Origin: a virus
Lineage: Duplodnaviria; Heunggongvirae; Uroviricota; Caudoviricetes
Length of the DNA stretch: 64,000 nt
Direction: 5' to 3' (one strand)
Virus record (IMG/VR): IMGVR_UViG_2851976983_000001
Span: 36,474 to 100,473 of that record
Positions 42,552 to 53,728 of this stretch are shown here, piece after piece; positions within the stretch are counted from its first letter, which is position 1; the number at the start of each line of letters is the position of its first letter. The notes beneath the pieces are model-generated. The model worked only from the letters and a program-made list of their open reading frames with translations, searched no databases and was not told where the DNA came from. Position numbers and translations under genes: made by a program.

Positions 42552-44219
42552 CGATTTTGCCTTCCTGATTCAATATCCGAATAAAGCTGCCACTTTTAGC
42601 TAACGACACAGGCGCATCGAGAGTGATGCTGTTTTTGGTAAACTCCACAATTCGACCGGAGTTACGTTTACCTGCACGATATTTGTTCTGAATCAGAACG
42701 GTTTCACCAGGCATCAGAAATGAGGCGTCTAAGCCGGCAGTAAATGTAATTACATCCGACTCCATTCTGGCGGTATACAAAAGCCACAAACCAACTCGGT
42801 GAGCCTGGCCTCGGCTTGTACATCCAAATGCTACGACTTCTGTTTTACGCTCACCATAACGGCGCATTGCGTCCTGATCTTCAACGTATTCGATGTTTTG
42901 CTTATAACCGTCCTCCTTGTTGTTGTAGGTTACGAGCGCAACGGATGGGCGATCTTTACGCGCAGAACCTTTATAGGTAAACAGTCCATCTTTGACGTTG
43001 GAGTTGGTAAACATCATTACCGGATCTGATGGGCTATCCTGCATGATGTTAACCATGCCACCAGCCCAAAACACCATGCCGCGGAATGCACCGGCAATAT
43101 CCTGAATTAATCGGTATGCGTCTTGTCGACTGGTGATCTGCGTATTGATTGCAAAGCGTTTCTCTTTACCCCCAAAGCCATCATCGACCTCTTCGTCACA
43201 ATATCGACCAATCTGGTAGAGCTGGCCGAGGTCAATCATGGATTCCGACACAAATTGCCCAAGACCATACCGAGTATTGGTAAGCAAATCGTAGAGAATC
43301 CACGCAGGGTTTGAAGAAGACAACAGCTTAAAAGTACCGTCCCATACGCCGACATAAGTATTGGTGTATTCGTTGTAGTTTGACGGTACTCGGATTTTGA
43401 TACCGCGCACCAAATACGAACGGGAAGGGATTGTGCTACCAAACTGCTCTGAATTGACCTTCAAGCCAACAAGAGCAGAGTTAGGGTAGTTCATTGGCGT
43501 GTCGACAATCTCACCGATGGAATCAACCCATGTGTCGTTGTAGAGGTACTGGCTACTATTATCATCTGTAAGACGAATCACCCTAACCTTGTATGCACGA
43601 CCAGGCTTAGGCAGTTTCAGCTCATAGCTACGGTAATACACGCCGGTTTTCTTTGCCGTTAGCGTGATATCAACGCTTTTCTCACCTTCTGCCACTACAT
43701 CAGAAAATGTTGCGTCTGCGTTGGCGATCTGGAATTTGTACTTCACCGTAGTGCCATTTGTATCGCCAGAGCTTTTATCAACGCTACGTAAAGAGGGGAA
43801 TTTCATGATGACACGAACGCGATCAGCTTCATCGTTATCGATTGAAACCGTAACGTCGTGTGTTTTTTTAAGCTGAATATTTACGGACTTAGGCGTTTCG
43901 ACAAAATCAAAACCAGCCATTGGCGTCTGATCTTGTGAGCCGTCACGAAAATCCCATGTAATACCGCTGAAGTTGGAAGAGCCATCTTCATTCAAGATCG
44001 GTAAATCGTCGATGAAGATCGACTTTGCGCCATTTACCAGGCCACCGATAACCCCCTCGCCAAGAAGGTCGAGGATGGCTGCCATAGCACGAGAATTGAC
44101 AGTATCATCAGCTTCAACCGGGGTACGGCTGGAGCTTTTACTTTTCTTGCCACCAGCACCGGCAATAAGAAGCGGTAATTTTTTCTTCTTGAACTGTTCC
44201 ATGTCCAAAAAATCCTTGA

Positions 44220-44810
44220 TTACATAAGCTGGTCGATGGTGATAGAAGAACTCACGACCTGTGAGCCAACTAAAATTTCCTCGCCATAGATAAGCTGTAC
44301 AGGGTTCCCCTGGTTTGTTGTGTTTTGAGGTCCATCAAAGTAATAAGAGTTCGAGTTATCCGCCTGCCTCACACTTTCGTTAGTGGCTTGCGGAGATATG
44401 ATTTGCGCTATACCGCCCATCATCAGTGACAAACCGAGAGGCGCAAGAGCGGGCACCCATATCGAGGCAACCATTAATACTGCTCCAACAACCGTCTGAA
44501 ACCATCCAAAAGCAGATCCACCACTTCCTCGCGGAACAGGGGTAATGCGGATTTTTGCAATATTGTCAGACTGCCCCATCATCTGATATTCACTCTCGTC
44601 CACAGACCACTTGTGGCCCTGTTTATTGGTGATCTGGATGTGGTATCTGTCATAGGTTTTGATATTGCGCTTCATCCATGCTTTAAACCCAGGCTTGTTG
44701 GCCTCAATTAAATCCAGAGCCTGTTTTGTATTACGCACCTTTAGATGCCAGTGGCGGCCAAAATGTTTGGCCATAGGGCCGCCAAGCTGCACATGAACTA
44801 ACTCAGACAC
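44220..44810 (-). CDS. tail assembly protein, lambda gpI-like
   Basis: 196 aa; hydrophobic central segment; position between K-like and J-like genes. Confidence 0.65.
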   Translation of the reverse strand: MSELVHVQLGGPMAKHFGRHWHLKVRNTKQALDLIEANKPGFKAWMKRNIKTYDRYHIQITNKQGHKWSVDESEYQMMGQSDNIAKIRITPVPRGSGGSAFGWFQTVVGAVLMVASIWVPALAPLGLSLMMGGIAQIISPQATNESVRQADNSNSYYFDGPQNTTNQGNPVQLIYGEEILVGSQVVSSSITIDQLM

Positions 44811-45622
44811 GTCTCATCTCCCTTGAGCAAGTCTCTGTGACGCAAGTGATGCGTCGTATGTTTCTGATACATCCCGCCGTAATAAGCACGACAACTAAGG
44901 CGGTCGATCTGGTGATGAAGAATCATTCCATCGCCGATATAAACCGCACAGTGGTCAGGCATTTTTCCGTATTGGATAAAGAAGACGTCCCCACGTTGAG
45001 GTTCTGTTCCGGGCGCAAGCCGTACCAATCCTTCGTTTCGGTAGTTCTGATCGAGAATGTCGTTATCGCCGGTGTACCACGATGGAATATGCAGGTGTGC
45101 GTTCGGGTTTAGTTCGACGTTAAACTCACGCTTCAAATAGTCCCGACACAACATCCAGCAATCAAATACGCCAAATACATACGGTCTGCCCAGGTATGGC
45201 ATTTCGAAACCATCAGGAGTGATCACATTCATCTCGCTAAAATGGAAAGGGGCATCTCCCTCAACATTCTTGCGAATAGCCAGAATCATCCACGGAACTT
45301 CCGTCGCTTCGCAGCCTGCACGATCGGCATCAGATGCTTCTGCTGATTCATCAGTATGTGAATGCCAGATTGCGATAACATCACCCGCATCCTCTGCCGC
45401 CATAATGTCGTCAACGTGCATTACAAAAGTGTTCTGCGGGTTCTCCGAAACATTCCGCGCTTCCATAAAGCGATATTTGTCGCCATTAGTTCTAACCAGA
45501 AAGCCACACGCTTCATTAGGGTAGCGATTTATGGCGCAGAGATAGATTTGCTGCATAACGTCAGAGCCAAGCTCAGGGATTGCTTTATTACCCATACCGC
45601 GTAGCTCCAATAAATCCGCCAA
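44798..45622 (-). CDS. tail assembly protein, lambda gpK-like (JAB/MPN + NlpC/P60)
   Basis: EACGFL...HSH JAB-like motifs and DCWMLCRDY NlpC/P60-like Cys motif. Confidence 0.75.
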   Translation of the reverse strand: MADLLELRGMGNKAIPELGSDVMQQIYLCAINRYPNEACGFLVRTNGDKYRFMEARNVSENPQNTFVMHVDDIMAAEDAGDVIAIWHSHTDESAEASDADRAGCEATEVPWMILAIRKNVEGDAPFHFSEMNVITPDGFEMPYLGRPYVFGVFDCWMLCRDYLKREFNVELNPNAHLHIPSWYTGDNDILDQNYRNEGLVRLAPGTEPQRGDVFFIQYGKMPDHCAVYIGDGMILHHQIDRLSCRAYYGGMYQKHTTHHLRHRDLLKGDETCLS

Positions 45623-46286
45623 AATGGATCACACCGTCGGCAAAATAATTCCGACGCGCATTACAGGCGTCATAACGTTTTGTGCAGTAATCAGCACCAG
45701 ACATAGACGTCTGCTGGTTATTTTTGTCGAAATATGGACCGGTATAGCCGCATTCTGGCCCTCGGTATTTCCACGGGCAGGTGTTTTTAATGATCTGACG
45801 ATACGGCAGTTGCACCCCCATCAAATCGAACACACTGGACAATTCAAACTCGACAACCTGATGAGTTTCGAGAGTTTTCTGTTCGATAAACCACATTTCA
45901 TCCGGGAAATGTTGGTTTGGATCTGCTGTTGGGTTGCCGTCTTTAAAATTAACGGCATCGAGGAAGCGAGCCAGCGTCATCTTGCGAATAATGCGGCAGC
46001 CAACAAGATCGTCGTTCGCCTGAACTTCCGCAGAGACGGTTCCGGCAAAGTTCGATACCTGAATTTTTGGACGTGGCAACGTTCCCTGGCCAGTTTTGTC
46101 AAAGCCTGATGCTTTGATTGGCCACGGCTCGTATGTCACTCCTTGCCAGACGACCGGTTGCATCAGTTCGTTTGTTCCGGCGTGGAAGAATAGCTTCCCC
46201 CCTGAAGTTGTGTTCGACATATCCAGTACGAACAACTCAATGAGTGCAGAGGGAGATAAGCTCTGAATATCAGCTTTAATTCCCAT
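45588..46286 (-). CDS. minor tail protein, lambda gpL-like
   Basis: Collinear with lambda L (...VVWQGVTYEPWPIKASGFD..., C-terminal Cys cluster); start trimmed to MGIKADIQ with AAGGA RBS. Confidence 0.8.
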   Translation of the reverse strand: MGIKADIQSLSPSALIELFVLDMSNTTSGGKLFFHAGTNELMQPVVWQGVTYEPWPIKASGFDKTGQGTLPRPKIQVSNFAGTVSAEVQANDDLVGCRIIRKMTLARFLDAVNFKDGNPTADPNQHFPDEMWFIEQKTLETHQVVEFELSSVFDLMGVQLPYRQIIKNTCPWKYRGPECGYTGPYFDKNNQQTSMSGADYCTKRYDACNARRNYFADGVIHFGGFIGATRYG

Positions 46287-46368
46287 TGTTTCATCCTTGA
46301 AATAAGTAGGCGCTGACATCCTGTCAGCGCCACAATGATAGTAAATTAGTACTTACTTATCCAGATAC

Positions 46369-46704
46369 TTAAGCCTCAAATACTTGTCTGAATGTAGCAG
46401 TTAAGACACAGTACCCCTGATATCGCTTGACCGTATGACTGTCACATACAACTACAATCTGCTTGCCTCTTGGATTAACCCAATAGAACGATTCAACGCC
46501 TGATCGCTCAGTCAGGAAGTCATCGATTGCATTAATTTCGTTGTATGATCTGGTAAAGGTTAACGACCATTCTTCTTTAATACGATTAAGACCTTGAGCC
46601 TGTCGCTGCTCGTAGTCATCACCAAAATTAAGTACCGTTACATTCGGTTTTACGCTTTTTTCAGATTCGTAATCTGGATACCAATTAAACGTTTGTCTTT
46701 CCAT
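46369..46704 (-). CDS. minor tail protein, lambda gpM-like
   Basis: 111 aa; position and size match lambda M. Confidence 0.65.
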   Translation of the reverse strand: MERQTFNWYPDYESEKSVKPNVTVLNFGDDYEQRQAQGLNRIKEEWSLTFTRSYNEINAIDDFLTERSGVESFYWVNPRGKQIVVVCDSHTVKRYQGYCVLTATFRQVFEA

Positions 46705-46746
46705 CTCACATCCTTGTGAGACTGCCCCGGTCGGGGCAGTCGATAG

Positions 46747-49700
46747 TTAGTTACGTTGAGTGTTTGGGTTGAGTGATCCGCCAGGGCGTTTCTCTTGAGC
46801 GATAGTCTCAAGCGCGATTGCTTTCATCCGTTGAGCGGCATTGTTCCATATGCTTTCTGTATCGCCGGATTCAGTTGTGCTACCGTCACTATGGACGTTG
46901 ATCTCAATTGATACCGGAGAAAGAACATTTCCTCCTCCACTCATACCATCGGTACTGAGCGTTACAGGGATTGTTCGACCATCAGGCAATGGAACATACG
47001 CCTCATTCATATCGCCTTCCCCAAACAACGCCAATTGAGGTGAGTTGGCGATACCGCCTTTCTGGTATGCCCGGAGCGGGATCACGCCGTCTTTTCCGAA
47101 TATGCCACCATTTGCAAACTTCGGAATTGCAGGAATACCATTCGTGCCATCGGCAGCAGAACTGGTCAGATTGTTGAACCCGGAAGTTGAGCCAGAAGAA
47201 CCGGACATCAATCCATCGAATCCACCACCAGCCCATACTGAAACCAAACCAGATGCAACTGTCGCGCCGAAATTCAACCACTTATTACCAGAGCCGGAAG
47301 CATTAGCTCCAAGCATTGCAAACGCGGCAGACAGAGCGCCGGTAACAGAGCTGAGGTTCTGCATCGAGAAGATGGAGTCCTTCACTGCTTTTGTCTCAGC
47401 ATCTTTGGCTTCGGTGCTATCAAATAGCCCCGATACCCAGCTACCAATCGCATTTGTTGCTGTGCCAATTGCGCTGGTGGTCTGCTGTGTTGTTTGCCCC
47501 AATCCAGTTACCGAACTGGACGTCTCCTTCGTGGCTTCTCCTACCGACTTGTCGCCATTAACAGTGTTGCCCATTCGTACACCTTGATTGGCAACGGCAG
47601 AAGCAACTCCAGTGAGCAAATTGCCACTCTGTGAACTACCAGCTGCGGTGGTTCCCATCCCCAACATGTTCATTAGAGGCAGCGTGATTTGCGACTTCAC
47701 GACCATATTGGTGATATCTTTCAAAATGGACTGAGATAGGCTGGAGAAGCTCATCTTCCCGTTAATAACGAAATCAGTCAGGACATCAGTTAAGCCACTA
47801 AACAAATCAGTCCAGGTGCTTTCGATCTGCTCTGCCAAGTTTTCGTATTCCAGTGCCAACTTCTGCGTCGCAGTCCCCGTCTCTTTAATAAGCGCGGTAT
47901 TGCCAGCAGCAATCAGTTGATTGATTTTCTTTGTATAAAGCGCCACAACTTTAGGATCAGACGCCTTATCACGAAGTTCTATCAACGCTTTGAGATTGCG
48001 GTTGTAGGTGTCTTCGAAATCAGCAACTTTCTCTTCGCGAGACGGCGTATAGCCAGCACTAATAATGGAATCCGCCTCCGGTGCCCAAGTGGAGATCATC
48101 TGCTCAACATTGCGGCGATTAAACATCTCGCGATATTCAGGTGTCGCATTTTTGAGGTCTTCAAGACGTTTTTTCGCCTTGTCGATCATCTCTTGAGTGA
48201 TGAACTCGTTAGGAACCGCATTAGCCAAATCTGTCAGCGATTTCGTTGTATCGCGAAGAGACTGATCAAACGATACCGTAGCCTTAGAGCTTTCACCCAT
48301 TTGCCCCATAAGCTGATCGGCTTTGTCCAGAGCCTTCTGGTATCCGGCTGCCAGTTTCTGTTGCGCTGCCTGTTCCTTCTTGGCCGCACGCTGCGAGGCG
48401 TTAGCTGATCGTTGGGCTGCTTTCTCGGCAGCTGCTGCATCCTGTTCACGAGCTTTAGTTAGTGCAGCAATGGCTGCGGCACGCTCTTCATCGCTCATTT
48501 TCTCCAGAGAGCTGGCGCTGGATGCTTTCTGCAAATTAAGCTGCGTCTTGAGTTGTTTAGGCCCAATAATCGGCTTACCTTCGAAGTCCATCATCGGAGT
48601 GCCGTCAGGCAAAGTACGCTGATAAGTCGCAGAATCCATCTGGTTTCGCATATATTGCGCCAACGCCTTCTGAGCAGCTTTATCAGTTGTACCTAACCCA
48701 AGAACAGTCCCCTGGTTTGACATTACGCCCTTACCAGTTTTGGCCGCGTTATCTCTCTCGAACTCTGCCTGAGTAAGTTCCTGAGCAACGGCTTCCAAAT
48801 GCTCCTGATAACCACGAATACTGCCTTGCAGTTTCTGGATTTGCTCGGTATTGCCATCCTTTTTGGCTTTTTCAAGCTGATCATTAAGAGTCGCGATTTG
48901 CTTCTCGGTCGCATTCTTACGAGAAGAAAGTGAATCAACCAGTTTTTGCGCAGGCTCCAGATAGCTTTTGTTTACCGTTTCACGTAACGGTGCCAATAGC
49001 TTGTTCTTTTCGTCATCTGAAAGTGAACCGTCATCATTGATTTTCTGGATCTTGTCCAGAGCCTCCTGCCGGGCTTTCACGAATGTTGCCGCGAAAATCT
49101 GGTTTTCCGCTCGAATTTTCTCAATCTGAGATTCGGCAGCCTCTTTAGCCAAACGCTTTGCTACAGCGCCGTCACCAAGAGCTATCGTGCCGGTTATCTT
49201 TTGATATTCTTCCTGATTTTTTTTCAGGCGTGCTTCGATGTCAGCCTTCGACTCTTTGTGAGTAATAACACCGGCAGAGTTAGATACGTAATTAACACCC
49301 TCACCAGTTTTTAATGCTCGTTGATCAGCAAGAATCTGCTTTTCGAGCTTTTCTGCGCGGTCGGCCATTTGTGCACGTTTGGCCGCCGTCATCGCCTCTG
49401 GTATTTTCCTAATCTCGTCAACGACCTTTGAAGTTTCGCTGCGGAGCATGGTCATGTACGTGATTAGGCCAGCAACAGCTACAGTGGCAACTGTAAATGC
49501 TGCCCCTATAGGGTTTGCTGCAATGAACGCCGTTAATCCAGCAAAAGCGCCTTTAAGCCCCGTAATCGCCCCACGGATGGCGAAAATAAGAGAGGGGATC
49601 GGAGCCAGCCCCATACGTGCCGCACGATTGAATCGAGTTACTGCTGTAGCGCCGAGGTTAAATGGAGTCTGTATGGCGGTCGCCATCGTGGCAAAGGTGC

Positions 49701-51339
49701 TAACCATCTGGCTCCCAGCGCCAACTACCCCCATGATCCCTGCTCGCATCAGTTTGAACGCAACCATCGCGGCCACGACCTTACCGAGATTAATTACCAG
49801 TTCTTGGTTCTTTGCTAACCATTGAGCAAGCTGACGCAACCCATCGATTGCCGTTGTTAACCCCGAACCTAAAGAATTGGCAAACGAAATCCCTTCGGCG
49901 CTATTCATGATTGAAGCCAGTTCTTTCATCCCCTTCGATAGAGAATCCAGATATCCGGCCTGACCAACCCGATCAGCAAATAACGTGAATGACGTCTGAA
50001 GTTGCGCCAGCGCACCTGTGTAGGTTTGCATCATGTCTTTCGCTGCGTTCTCATTCTCCGCACGCAGACCAACAAACATCAGAGACAACGCCTGTTTTGC
50101 CTCAACCGTACCGCTGGCAACGGCTTTAGTCAGTTCCCCCATAGTGATGCCTGCGGCGTCTGCCATTGCCTGCATCGCGTTAGGAACGGCTTCACCTAAT
50201 TGCTGACGTAGCTCTTCCATTGACACAACGCCCTTACCGGACATCTGCTGAACGGCCACAGCCGCACGTTTCAACAGCTCACTATCACCACCAAAACGAG
50301 CAACGGAGTCCACCAGCGCCTTCAGAGAACCATCGGTTGGATCTAAGCCAGCAGAACGAAACTTCACGAAGGAGTCTGTTAACGCCTGCATCGCGAACGG
50401 CGCATTTTGAGCCATGTCTACGATGTACTTCATATCATCAGCCGCAGCCTGGCCCGGGTTGGACTTCTCCTTATTCAACCCTCGAAGCATCACCCGCATA
50501 CGTTCCATTTCGGCCGCAGCTTCAACAATAGGCTTCTGCCACCCAAACATGATGTCAGTAACCGTTCTGGCTGCATCTCCGATCTCGCCAAGCAGGAAAA
50601 TGTTGCCACGAAGGCCAGAGAACATACCTCCTTCGTTACTTTTACCGCTATGGCCAGAAGCGCCGCTACGCCGCCCGCTACCACCATCGCCACTTCCAGA
50701 TGTACGAACGCGTACCGGCTTGCTAATCAGTTGCTGACGTCCGATAACTTCGTCCATCTGCTCACGAACCTTTTTCAGTCCCTCGGCAGCCTGACTCGTT
50801 GTGACACCCCAATTACTGAGTCGCTTCGTCGTGGTATTAAGGCGCGTATTCATGCCACTCACGGACACAGAGGCTTCTTTGACCTCCGTACCAAAGCGGC
50901 TTGCGCTTTTGCTTGCATAGGTCGCCCAATCAGAGAAATCATTTAGCTCTGATTGCACTTTACGTAATGACGCGGTGAGTTTATCTACTGAAGAAGTTGT
51001 CGTATCGACGCGCTCAATCAGGGCTTTAAGACCAGAATTGAGGCTGGTGATGTTGCCACGCATTTTACGCGTAGCATCTGAAGCAAGCTCAAAACCGGCA
51101 GCTACATCCTGTAGTTTATCTGCCGTAGAATCGAGCTTGCTTTCCAGAACGCCAATGATACGGGCGACCGAACCCAAAGAGCGTTCAAAGGTTTGGATTT
51201 TTTGAGCAGGCTTTGTTACCTGCTCACCAAATCGAGTAAGCAGTTTCCCCGCACGATCGATTGACGCTGTAAACTGTTTGTCTTCCAGCGACAGGATAAA
51301 CTCTACGTTTTGTGACATTCCCTTGTCATCCTCTGCCAA
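46747..51339 (-). CDS. tail tape-measure protein
   Basis: 1530 aa, long helical/coiled-coil core, Gly-rich hydrophobic segments, lambda gpH-like C-terminal region. Confidence 0.9.
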   Translation of the reverse strand: MAEDDKGMSQNVEFILSLEDKQFTASIDRAGKLLTRFGEQVTKPAQKIQTFERSLGSVARIIGVLESKLDSTADKLQDVAAGFELASDATRKMRGNITSLNSGLKALIERVDTTTSSVDKLTASLRKVQSELNDFSDWATYASKSASRFGTEVKEASVSVSGMNTRLNTTTKRLSNWGVTTSQAAEGLKKVREQMDEVIGRQQLISKPVRVRTSGSGDGGSGRRSGASGHSGKSNEGGMFSGLRGNIFLLGEIGDAARTVTDIMFGWQKPIVEAAAEMERMRVMLRGLNKEKSNPGQAAADDMKYIVDMAQNAPFAMQALTDSFVKFRSAGLDPTDGSLKALVDSVARFGGDSELLKRAAVAVQQMSGKGVVSMEELRQQLGEAVPNAMQAMADAAGITMGELTKAVASGTVEAKQALSLMFVGLRAENENAAKDMMQTYTGALAQLQTSFTLFADRVGQAGYLDSLSKGMKELASIMNSAEGISFANSLGSGLTTAIDGLRQLAQWLAKNQELVINLGKVVAAMVAFKLMRAGIMGVVGAGSQMVSTFATMATAIQTPFNLGATAVTRFNRAARMGLAPIPSLIFAIRGAITGLKGAFAGLTAFIAANPIGAAFTVATVAVAGLITYMTMLRSETSKVVDEIRKIPEAMTAAKRAQMADRAEKLEKQILADQRALKTGEGVNYVSNSAGVITHKESKADIEARLKKNQEEYQKITGTIALGDGAVAKRLAKEAAESQIEKIRAENQIFAATFVKARQEALDKIQKINDDGSLSDDEKNKLLAPLRETVNKSYLEPAQKLVDSLSSRKNATEKQIATLNDQLEKAKKDGNTEQIQKLQGSIRGYQEHLEAVAQELTQAEFERDNAAKTGKGVMSNQGTVLGLGTTDKAAQKALAQYMRNQMDSATYQRTLPDGTPMMDFEGKPIIGPKQLKTQLNLQKASSASSLEKMSDEERAAAIAALTKAREQDAAAAEKAAQRSANASQRAAKKEQAAQQKLAAGYQKALDKADQLMGQMGESSKATVSFDQSLRDTTKSLTDLANAVPNEFITQEMIDKAKKRLEDLKNATPEYREMFNRRNVEQMISTWAPEADSIISAGYTPSREEKVADFEDTYNRNLKALIELRDKASDPKVVALYTKKINQLIAAGNTALIKETGTATQKLALEYENLAEQIESTWTDLFSGLTDVLTDFVINGKMSFSSLSQSILKDITNMVVKSQITLPLMNMLGMGTTAAGSSQSGNLLTGVASAVANQGVRMGNTVNGDKSVGEATKETSSSVTGLGQTTQQTTSAIGTATNAIGSWVSGLFDSTEAKDAETKAVKDSIFSMQNLSSVTGALSAAFAMLGANASGSGNKWLNFGATVASGLVSVWAGGGFDGLMSGSSGSTSGFNNLTSSAADGTNGIPAIPKFANGGIFGKDGVIPLRAYQKGGIANSPQLALFGEGDMNEAYVPLPDGRTIPVTLSTDGMSGGGNVLSPVSIEINVHSDGSTTESGDTESIWNNAAQRMKAIALETIAQEKRPGGSLNPNTQRN

Positions 51340-51595
51340 ATATTTGCATCAGTTGCTCTTTGGCGTCAGGGTCTGCCTTATCCTGGCTTGGATCGTAGAC
51401 TTTATCTGTTACGACTGGTCTTCCAATCCTGAGTTGCAAACCCTCCATGAACGCCTTCACAGCCTCGCCATCCGCCTGGGACGCACGAGCGACTTGTAAG
51501 TTGCGGACATCCTCTTCCGCACGCAGACGGTCTATATTGCGACTGAGCATCCAGAACATCGTGAGAGGAACGTTCAGTAGCTCTAATGGCGACAC
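51326..51595 (-). CDS. tail assembly chaperone T-portion (GT frameshift product)
   Basis: Frame stays open upstream of the annotated start and overlaps the G stop in the -1 frame. Confidence 0.5.
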   Translation of the reverse strand: MSPLELLNVPLTMFWMLSRNIDRLRAEEDVRNLQVARASQADGEAVKAFMEGLQLRIGRPVVTDKVYDPSQDKADPDAKEQLMQIFGRG

Positions 51596-51675
51596 GGCGT
51601 AGTGAGCAACTACACGACTGAAATAGAATCCGAGATCTATTGAGACGGTCCTTGTCCCGGATTCATCGCGGGAAA

Positions 51676-51993
51676 TTACTTTGCCCCTTCGCCAGCCGCT
51701 TTTTCGTTTTCTTCATCAATCACTTCCATAGCGAAGGTGAAGATCTGCTGGAGTTGCGGAACAGTCAGTTTTTCAAGAACTTCGTCAGGTACTGAAGGGA
51801 TAACCTTACGAACCAGATCTGCATAAGCTGTCACTTGCTCAACAGGAGACATGTTCATGAGATCTTTACCTTCCATCTGCTTGATGGAAACGAACAGACC
51901 TACCGTCATTTCAACGATGGGATATTCCTGACCGCCAAATTTGATGCTTTTCTTCGGAGGCAGAATGGAATCGAGATCGAGTAATTTGGTCAT
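51676..51993 (-). CDS. tail assembly chaperone (gpG-like)
   Basis: 105 aa acidic protein between major tail and tape-measure genes. Confidence 0.6.
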   Translation of the reverse strand: MTKLLDLDSILPPKKSIKFGGQEYPIVEMTVGLFVSIKQMEGKDLMNMSPVEQVTAYADLVRKVIPSVPDEVLEKLTVPQLQQIFTFAMEVIDEENEKAAGEGAK

Positions 51994-52048
51994 TGGTTAA
52001 AATCCTTTTAAAAGAGAGGCCCATCCTGAGCCTCTGCTTAATTACTGA

Positions 52049-52795
52049 TTAATCTGCGGGGTTAATCGTTACTGATTTAGTTGCCTTCTTACCACCGCTA
52101 TTGCTGGTGAAGGAGATATTTGTAGAACCCTGCGCCACACCACGTACCAGACCCGTTTGATCTACCGTGGCCTTTTCCTGGTCTTCGGATTCCCAAACAC
52201 CGGTTTTGTCTGCGGCATCAGCTGGAGTGATTTCGGCTGTCAGTTGCACAGTTTCTCCAGCTTTTACGGTTGGAGATTCCGGTGCGATCGACACAGTTTT
52301 TACCGGTTTAGGGCCGCTCATTCTTCCCAGAACGCCTTCGTCATCAGGGTATGCGCTGAACTGAACAGAGAACACACGAACATCATCAGACTGGTAGGTC
52401 ATAGTGAAGTTGCCCGCGGTTGCCGCTTTCGGGATGGTCAACACATAGTCGGTGGTGTCCTGCGGAGTCAGAACCAGCTCCTTCGCCACATCAATCAGGT
52501 TAACGCCCTGTGCAGATGTGATCGTGACAGAGTTGTCATCTTCGCTCAGAGTAGAACCAGGCATCAGGTCAACCATGTTTTGGAGTACAGACTCAGCCAG
52601 AGGCGCGGTGATGGTAATGTTGCGCCCCTGAACTAATTCGGAAATTACGGTCTGCCCCAACTGATCGACGGTGACTTTCAGTGTTTCAGTGGCTACTTCA
52701 ACCTGAACACCACCTTTGGTGTAACCCAAATCCACACCACCAAACGACACCTTACAGGCACCAAGTTTGATGTTTTTTACATGGGTATTAGACAT
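52049..52795 (-). CDS. major tail protein with C-terminal Ig-like (Big_2) domain
   Basis: Start trimmed to MSNTHVK with AAGGAG RBS; C-terminal Ig-like segment VKTVSIAPESPTVKAGETVQLTAEITP... Confidence 0.7.
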   Translation of the reverse strand: MSNTHVKNIKLGACKVSFGGVDLGYTKGGVQVEVATETLKVTVDQLGQTVISELVQGRNITITAPLAESVLQNMVDLMPGSTLSEDDNSVTITSAQGVNLIDVAKELVLTPQDTTDYVLTIPKAATAGNFTMTYQSDDVRVFSVQFSAYPDDEGVLGRMSGPKPVKTVSIAPESPTVKAGETVQLTAEITPADAADKTGVWESEDQEKATVDQTGLVRGVAQGSTNISFTSNSGGKKATKSVTINPAD

Positions 52796-52844
52796 TGATG
52801 GAAAACTCCTTTTTCCGTTAATTCTACGCATTCATTGCGCTAAT

Positions 52845-52862
52845 AGTAAGTATATACTTACT
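52845..52862. promoter_or_regulatory. perfect 18-bp palindrome upstream of the major tail gene
   Basis: AGTAAGTATATACTTACT. Confidence 0.45.
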
Positions 52863-52869
52863 AATTGAG

Positions 52870-53376
52870 TTAATTCAATAAATAGCCAGCAAATTCAACA
52901 GGAATGCCTGCTTCTATTAATGCCCCATCATTTTTGGGATAAATGATTGGCATCGCCATCGGTCGAACAAGTCGAAAATAAACACCACCAGATTCCGTTT
53001 CCTCTACTGGAAACATCTCAATGATTTTATTGGCTTTCTCAACCGTCGTAGTAATTGACGAACCACGCACAATTATTGTGAATGATTCGTGGTAAAAGCC
53101 CTGTAGCTCATGATCGATGCTGATACCGGTATTTGGGTTAATAAGCAGGACGCCAGATTTCACATTGGCAGGCAAGTAGTGACAGAAAATGTCAGTCCCG
53201 ACCGTGCCAATCTTTGCCTTCTGCATCAAACTTGCAAACGCTTCAATAAACACATTAACCTCTCGTAAAACCGGCTTTTCTGGCAGCCTCAAGAATCGCT
53301 TCTGAGAACTGCTTCTCGCTAATTTCCACCGCTCTTTCCAGAAAGTGTGGCCCAACACGAGGTTTAACACCGGCAA
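52870..53376 (-). CDS. tail completion/terminator-like protein (by position)
   Basis: ORF 168 aa; true start probably internal because of overlap with the upstream gene. Confidence 0.4.
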   Translation of the reverse strand: MPVLNLVLGHTFWKERWKLARSSSQKRFLRLPEKPVLREVNVFIEAFASLMQKAKIGTVGTDIFCHYLPANVKSGVLLINPNTGISIDHELQGFYHESFTIIVRGSSITTTVEKANKIIEMFPVEETESGGVYFRLVRPMAMPIIYPKNDGALIEAGIPVEFAGYLLN

Positions 53377-53728
53377 TTGGTGGGTTTGTCACGTTCTTCA
53401 TTCGAGAAAGATAACCGAGTCGGTATTTACCCAGCTCCATGTACTTAGCATAGTCACCTACTTCTACGCCCGGATGCCCCTGACGTGGTTTTGCTCCAGA
53501 CACAGAAAGCTCAATACGCAGCCCTGAATAACCTTCTTTAATCACCCTGGCAAAGATGGCTGTCTCCAGAGATCCGGTTTCCAGCGGGGCCATTGCACGG
53601 CTGAGACGCTCAACCAAACGCGCCAGCTTTTCCATGTCCCGAATAAGATATCGCTTAAATGCTTTCTGGCTGTTGTTGAGTCGATTCCCCGCACGTTTGA
53701 ACTGATGCGCATCGTATTTCAGACCCAT
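53255..53728 (-). CDS. head-tail joining/tail component protein (by position)
   Basis: 157-aa ORF in the head-tail connector block. Confidence 0.4.
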   Translation of the reverse strand: MGLKYDAHQFKRAGNRLNNSQKAFKRYLIRDMEKLARLVERLSRAMAPLETGSLETAIFARVIKEGYSGLRIELSVSGAKPRQGHPGVEVGDYAKYMELGKYRLGYLSRMKNVTNPPIAGVKPRVGPHFLERAVEISEKQFSEAILEAARKAGFTRG

